Shown one piece after another: positions 7,329 to 12,387 of a stretch of 12,387 bases of DNA. A program made the translations under genes and the position numbers. The stretch spans positions 1-12,387 of the forward strand of contig SHMW01000025.1 in assembly GCA_008080735.1 (NCBI GenBank), in the 5' to 3' direction. The stretch comes from Promethearchaeota archaeon (lineage in GTDB: Archaea; Asgardarchaeota; Lokiarchaeia; Sigyniarchaeales; SOKP01). The notes under the pieces were generated by a model, which saw nothing but the letters and a program-made list of their open reading frames with translations, was not told where the DNA came from and did no database searches. Numbering within the stretch: position 1 is the stretch's first letter; every line of letters starts with the position of its first letter.

Positions 7329-9767
7329 ATGAATTTAGTACTAGGAATTATTTTATGGTCCATTATTGCGTTTGCTTTACTCTGCCTCTTTGTATATCTT
7401 ACATTACCGTGGATATTCAAAAAGTTTGTATCGCCATTTTTTAATGCAAGTTATATTTACAATTCCCGTGATTTTAAAAAAAAAGAAAAGATTTTCTCAG
7501 AGCAAATTAACACACCTAAGCTCTCTATCAATCCAAATAATGGTATTTTTCAAATATCTTTTGGAAATAATCGCAATTTATCGGATGGAATAATAAAGTT
7601 TCACTCAAAAGGTTATTATTATTCAAATTCGAGAAGATTGAGCAAAAAAACAAGGCTATTAAATCTTATAAAAAGTTCACGAGAAGAATCGGATGATGTA
7701 CTGGGAAATTTTGAAAAAACTATTTTGGAATATGAACTCGCAGACCATAATGTGCAAATAATAGCTTCAATTAAACAATATCGCAATCAGAATTATGTGA
7801 TTTTTGAATTGACTTTTCCAGATGGTCTTTCAGATACCACCACAGGCAAATTCGAAGATCTTATAGTCAGTTTTCCCTCATTTTACAACGACAGCCCAAA
7901 CAAAAGGATATTCACCTATAGAGAAGCCATCTTTTGTCCACCTTCCCGGAAATTAAATCCTACCTCTGCGCCAGTGGTTTTATACGATAATGAGTTGAAT
8001 TGTATGATTATATGTCCCTTAGATGGCTTTTTGAATACGATGATTTCGGAAGATAAAGAGGGGAGGATAAACTGCGGAATTCAAGGAGAAATAACCTCCT
8101 TACCAGAAAATTTTTCGCAAAAATTCATTCTCTACTTTGGAAAAGGAATTAATGACCCAATGGAAGAAGTTGGTAATCTTCTTTTAAGATACCATAATTC
8201 AGAGAGAAAAGACCTCTATGCTGATATTGTCTGCTCACATTTAGGCTACTGGACAGACAATGGAGCATATTATTATTACAAAACAGAGAAAGGATTAAAC
8301 TATGAAGATACGCTCGTTGCAATTAAAGATTACTTAAAAAAGGAAGATATCCCAATTCGTTATTTCAACTTCGATTCGTGGTGGTATTTAAAACATACAA
8401 ATAAAGCATTTACAACGATTTTTCGACCAATCGTACGTCTTATGGGTGGCGGCTTATATGGCAATACATTGCGATGGGAAACCGATCCGGAAAACTTCTC
8501 CACCGACCTTAAGACTTTTTATGAAGAACGATTTCAGACACCCATAACAGCCCATAACCGACGATGGGATTCTCGATCTCCTTATTTAGATGAATATGAT
8601 TTTATCACTTATAAAAATCATGCGTGTCCATTAAATTTAGATTTTTGGGAGTGGTTAATGCAGCATGCCCAAGAAAGTGGTATCGTGGTATATGAACAAG
8701 ATTGGATGAATAATCAGATAAATAGTATTCCTTATTTAAGAGAAGATATAAATGCGATAGAGCGCTGGTTGAATAGTATGGCTGTCGCTGCGAAAAATAA
8801 TAAAATTGACGTGTTTTACTGCATGGAAACCCCGGGTATTACTCTATATAGTATTAAGCATCCGAATATTACAATTACGCGATGCTCTGGAGATTATAAT
8901 CATCGATGGCCCTTGACATATAGATATGTCCATTCTACACAAACTAATATATTGATTCATTCGGTTGGGTTGATATCCCATCCAGATGTCTTCCGATCTC
9001 GATCTATGGAAGGAATATCAATGCGTCCTTTTGGTGAAAAGAGCCCCATATTAAAATGTCTTTATCAAAATCTGAACGCCGGCCCCATTTGTCCAGGGGA
9101 TAAGAAAGAGCATGTAAATTGGCAGCTTTTGAAAAAGACATGTCGTGATGATGGGTTGCTATTGAAACCTGATAAGGCTTTGACTGCTAATGATTTAATG
9201 TTCAAACCTCATAAAAAATACTATATCTGTGATACGTATATTAAACGTGAAGAATTAATCTGGCGATTTATTTTGATTACTAATATTTGGCCCAATAGAG
9301 TAAAAGAAACATATATTACCCCAGAAGAATTAGGATATAATTGGGATAATTACATTCTCTACGATTATTTTGCCCAAAAAATAGAAAAAGTAAATAGAGA
9401 GCAAGCAATCAACATTGGGAAATTGGAGAAATATGGATATAAGTATTACATTCTAAATCCAATACTCGAAAACGGAATATCATTTATAGGCGCTGTGGAT
9501 AAATTCATTCCATGTTCTAAAAAACAGATTGTGGATCTAAATTCAAATCCTAACTCATTAAAATTCGTTGTGAAAGACGTAAAAGGCGCCAAATTAAAAA
9601 TTCTTTTATATTCTGAGCGCAAACCCGAAAAAATATATCTCAACGATCATCCATTAGATTTTACAAAATCCATTGGGGAATACTGGAATTATGGAGAAGG
9701 CAAATTATTATCCATATTCCTAAATTTTAAAGAAGATACTAGTAAAACAGTCGAGATAATAATCTAA
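7329..9767 (+). CDS. Membrane-anchored putative glycoside hydrolase/transglycosylase, clan GH-D-like (GH27/31/36, raffinose-synthase-like)
   Basis: N-terminal TM helix (about residues 3-30). Motifs occur in GH-D order: GYWT, FDSWWY (cf. DDGW), YEQDW (cf. nucleophile KxD), YCM, RCSGDY (cf. acid/base RxSxD), GPICPGD (cf. GPIYVSD), DGLLLKP (cf. DGSILR). The ORF is secure; the function is inferred. Confidence 0.65.
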   Translation: MNLVLGIILWSIIAFALLCLFVYLTLPWIFKKFVSPFFNASYIYNSRDFKKKEKIFSEQINTPKLSINPNNGIFQISFGNNRNLSDGIIKFHSKGYYYSNSRRLSKKTRLLNLIKSSREESDDVLGNFEKTILEYELADHNVQIIASIKQYRNQNYVIFELTFPDGLSDTTTGKFEDLIVSFPSFYNDSPNKRIFTYREAIFCPPSRKLNPTSAPVVLYDNELNCMIICPLDGFLNTMISEDKEGRINCGIQGEITSLPENFSQKFILYFGKGINDPMEEVGNLLLRYHNSERKDLYADIVCSHLGYWTDNGAYYYYKTEKGLNYEDTLVAIKDYLKKEDIPIRYFNFDSWWYLKHTNKAFTTIFRPIVRLMGGGLYGNTLRWETDPENFSTDLKTFYEERFQTPITAHNRRWDSRSPYLDEYDFITYKNHACPLNLDFWEWLMQHAQESGIVVYEQDWMNNQINSIPYLREDINAIERWLNSMAVAAKNNKIDVFYCMETPGITLYSIKHPNITITRCSGDYNHRWPLTYRYVHSTQTNILIHSVGLISHPDVFRSRSMEGISMRPFGEKSPILKCLYQNLNAGPICPGDKKEHVNWQLLKKTCRDDGLLLKPDKALTANDLMFKPHKKYYICDTYIKREELIWRFILITNIWPNRVKETYITPEELGYNWDNYILYDYFAQKIEKVNREQAINIGKLEKYGYKYYILNPILENGISFIGAVDKFIPCSKKQIVDLNSNPNSLKFVVKDVKGAKLKILLYSERKPEKIYLNDHPLDFTKSIGEYWNYGEGKLLSIFLNFKEDTSKTVEIII

Positions 9768-9851
9768 TTTTCAATAGCTTAATTTTTTATTTCATCTTAT
9801 TTTTTTCTTCCATATAAATAAATCATAAAGACTAATCTTGGGGAGTAAAGT

Positions 9852-10182
9852 ATGGGAGAATAAAAATTAAAGAAAATTTAATTAGGTTCGTTATTTGTCG
9901 TTTCCAAATTTCTATTTTTCATTGCTTTTTGAGATTTCATAAAAAAATCAAAATAAGTAGAAAATATCTATTATTGGGATTCCTATTCTATTTAGCATTT
10001 TTCAATAGATAAGATTCATTCAGTCGGTAGAATGAAATGGTGGGATTAATTCTATTCTTATCGACTAAATTTACTAAAGCATATACAATTTATGCCTTGA
10101 TATCATCATTGGTTTTTATTTATTATTATAAGAAAAAATATAATGCCTTGTTGGATAAATGGTTTAGTAGAAAATCTTTTTT
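9852..10182 (+). pseudogene. Possible decayed small membrane-protein gene
   Basis: TATAAATA (9813-9820) and GGGGAG precede ATG 9852. Four hydrophobic segments follow, interrupted by stops and one frameshift near the A-run at 9941-9947. Confidence 0.25.
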
Positions 10183-11274
10183 CTATTCGTTAATATTATT
10201 TAGCGGAGGTTTCTTTACAATTTCCAAATTTTGCTCCACATGTTCTGGTTGTTTCTGACCAACTAATGGAGCAATTAATGGCATACCGAACGATCTAACG
10301 TACTGAATTGCGGCGTGAGCTGGTGATTTCAAATCCCATTTTACTTGGAGTTTTTTTATTTCTCTGGATCTCATTAATTTACCTTGCAAAAGCGGAACAG
10401 CCGTAAAAATTCCTAAGTTAAATTCTCTCGCTTTTTGGAAAAAGGTTTTTCCATCTTGATTGTGTAGATTCGCAGCCTCTTGCATGGCGATGTTATATGG
10501 TAGCATTATAAATTTGAACCCCGAACTTTTATGACCCACATTTTTTGCTGCGTTTTCAGAAATACTCATAATCCTTTTTAAGTTGACATATGATGGAGAA
10601 GACTTCTCGACCCTAAAGCAAGTCCATGTAGCCATCCCATAGAATCGAATTTTTTGCTCATCAATTTTCTTTTCTAAAAACGTAAAGCATTTTTCCAGCA
10701 TTTCATAGAATTGAGTATTCCCTAGTGTTTCTTTTTGCGATTCTGCAACATTATGGAGATAAAGCAAATCTATAGTCGATATGCCTAAGTTCTTTAAGCT
10801 TTGATGTAATTGATGGCTTAGATAAGGGATGGTTGTACAGTTATAATTGATGATCTCTTCTCTGGTAGCTAAGCCTTTTTTGAGTATTACATTATCAAGA
10901 TATTCATTGCTATTCAGCCTCTCATCAGCATCTCCTGGGATATAACCGTTTTTCGTGCTGATGAAAACTTGGTCCCTTGTAAATCCGATATTATTGAGTT
11001 TTTCTAGAGCCTTTCCAATAGATCGTTCTGCTTTTTGATGACGATAATTTATAGCTGTATCGATAACGTTTATTCCATTTCTAATAGATTTACTTACTGC
11101 GTTTATTACTAATTCATCAATATAATCAGTTGGTTTCCCCAAATATGTACCCATTCCAAGACTACTTAACTCAAGGTCTTCAAACCTACGAAAATGATCC
11201 GCTGGGATATTTTTCTCTCTATTCATCAAATTTTTATATTCGGAAGTACCAGAGGGGGTTGCAAATTTACTCAT
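10183..11274 (-). CDS. Aldo/keto reductase
   Basis: LGMGTY; the catalytic tetrad is intact: IDTAINY (Asp, Tyr), ISTK (Lys), DLLYLHN (His). Also PYN, PLLQG and LVG motifs. Confidence 0.93.
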   Translation of the reverse strand: MSKFATPSGTSEYKNLMNREKNIPADHFRRFEDLELSSLGMGTYLGKPTDYIDELVINAVSKSIRNGINVIDTAINYRHQKAERSIGKALEKLNNIGFTRDQVFISTKNGYIPGDADERLNSNEYLDNVILKKGLATREEIINYNCTTIPYLSHQLHQSLKNLGISTIDLLYLHNVAESQKETLGNTQFYEMLEKCFTFLEKKIDEQKIRFYGMATWTCFRVEKSSPSYVNLKRIMSISENAAKNVGHKSSGFKFIMLPYNIAMQEAANLHNQDGKTFFQKAREFNLGIFTAVPLLQGKLMRSREIKKLQVKWDLKSPAHAAIQYVRSFGMPLIAPLVGQKQPEHVEQNLEIVKKPPLNNINE

Positions 11275-11439
11275 TTTGAATTTACAAAACCATTTTATGA
11301 TCTATGTTGCTTGATTATATTAAATCTTGAGTATTATGAATTATTTAACGTGGTAGATAGAGTAGACATATTTTTTAGAATTTTTGAAATACCATTAGTA
11401 ATAAATCGTGCATATTAGGTCAGTAGAAAATTTATTAAA

Positions 11440-12321
11440 TTACTTTTTTCCGATATTTTTATGATTTTTATGATTGGTTTTAATATCTGGCTTATATCCT
11501 AATTTACCGCCCGTTATGAAAAGAATAATAATAGTCCCTAAAAATATGATAGTTATTTGTACCGTTAAAAGAGTGATATAACTAGGACCAAATACAATTT
11601 CATTATCAAATGGAACTAAATATGTCGTTGAGGTGTTAAAACCTCCATGCAAAATCATCATTAAGAGGATACTTTGAGTTTTATTATATATCCAAGTATA
11701 AAAGAAAGAGTATAGTATGATTCCTATAGCGGTCAAAAAAATCATCCAAGCTATTAGCCACGGATTTGTTATACTATGAGAAGAACGTGGGTCAATAAAG
11801 AAAACTGGAATATGCCAAAGTGCCCATATAAAACCTAATAATAAAGTGGCGCGAAATGGTCCATATTTTTTTTGTAATCTAGGGAGAGCATAACCCCGCC
11901 AACTTGGTTCTTCTCCTAAGCCCGCTAATAGGGTCGAAAATAGTAAGGTAGGGAAATAAGATAATAAAGAATTAATTAACATCGAAATTTTTAATTGATA
12001 CACAAACATAGCGAAAAATACACTAGTCGTTCCAAAAATAAGAATAGGTACCGTCAGGGTGGCAATCCACCATCGTATAGGAACATGCCAATGAATTATT
12101 TGTTTTATCCATTCTTTAAAGGACTTATCTGTGAGTTGAATGATGAACACTGCTGCTAAAGCGGGTCCAAATTGAGCTATAAATAAGGTTATTTGCGAGA
12201 TTATGCCTTCATATCCAAGTAATGAAGGAAGAAACCCAAGCCAAGAAATAAGATATGAAAAAATAAAGAAGGAACCTACTTGTTTTTCAGTTAAAAAACC
12301 TATCAGCTTGAACTCACTCAT
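11440..12321 (-). CDS. CPBP-family (Abi/Rce1-like, type II CAAX protease) intramembrane glutamic endopeptidase
   Basis: Multi-TM protein with GEEPSWRGYALPRL (EExxxR), IWALWH and LHGGFN (HxxxN). Confidence 0.93.
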   Translation of the reverse strand: MSEFKLIGFLTEKQVGSFFIFSYLISWLGFLPSLLGYEGIISQITLFIAQFGPALAAVFIIQLTDKSFKEWIKQIIHWHVPIRWWIATLTVPILIFGTTSVFFAMFVYQLKISMLINSLLSYFPTLLFSTLLAGLGEEPSWRGYALPRLQKKYGPFRATLLLGFIWALWHIPVFFIDPRSSHSITNPWLIAWMIFLTAIGIILYSFFYTWIYNKTQSILLMMILHGGFNTSTTYLVPFDNEIVFGPSYITLLTVQITIIFLGTIIILFITGGKLGYKPDIKTNHKNHKNIGKK

Positions 12322-12387
12322 AAATAGCTTTTAAAATTAGAAATTAAATCTATAAGTGATAGTATGTCTAAGATCTACAATGTATAA

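Noticed and set aside
7472-7485. T4-A9 homopolymer as a slippery or phase-variation site
   Set aside because: The ORF is intact, A/T runs are common throughout the window, and no downstream stimulatory structure is evident.
7366-9643. ORFs 7366-7593 (+) and 9446-9643 (-)
   Set aside because: Nested in the 812-aa CDS with no independent support.
10037-10258. 73-aa ORF ending in CSTCSGC as an intact metal-binding protein
   Set aside because: The Cys-rich tail lies in the antisense overlap with the aldo/keto reductase 3' end. At most the 5' part belongs to a gene remnant.
11194-11418. 74-aa plus-strand ORF
   Set aside because: Overlaps the AKR start and promoter on the opposite strand and has no motifs.
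9953-11432. Recurring AGTAGAAAAT and ATGCCTTG short strings as CRISPR or IS ends
   Set aside because: Too short and irregularly spaced, with no transposase or cas genes. They are expected by chance in AT-rich DNA.

Overview
AT-rich archaeal window, most consistent with an Asgard archaeon (Lokiarchaeia-like). This assignment is inferred from an N-terminally extended archaeosortase and a divergent TBP paralog. There are twelve well-supported CDSs: archaeosortase (ArtH-like), TBP-family protein, M42 aminopeptidase, YkgJ/CxxCxxCC Cys-cluster protein, macrodomain protein, GNAT-YoaP acetyltransferase, TrmO-like protein, GyrI-like effector-binding protein, ArsR-type winged-helix regulator, an 812-aa membrane-anchored clan GH-D-like glycosidase, an aldo/keto reductase and a CPBP intramembrane protease. 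The most system-like element is a divergent cassette (4577-7166). It pairs a GyrI-like sensor and ArsR regulator with a TrmO-like methyltransferase, a GNAT and an uncalled 40-aa ORF, and has a candidate operator palindrome at 6154-6177. I also noted a possible decayed membrane-protein gene at about 9852-10182. I saw no rRNA, tRNA, CRISPR array or mobile element.
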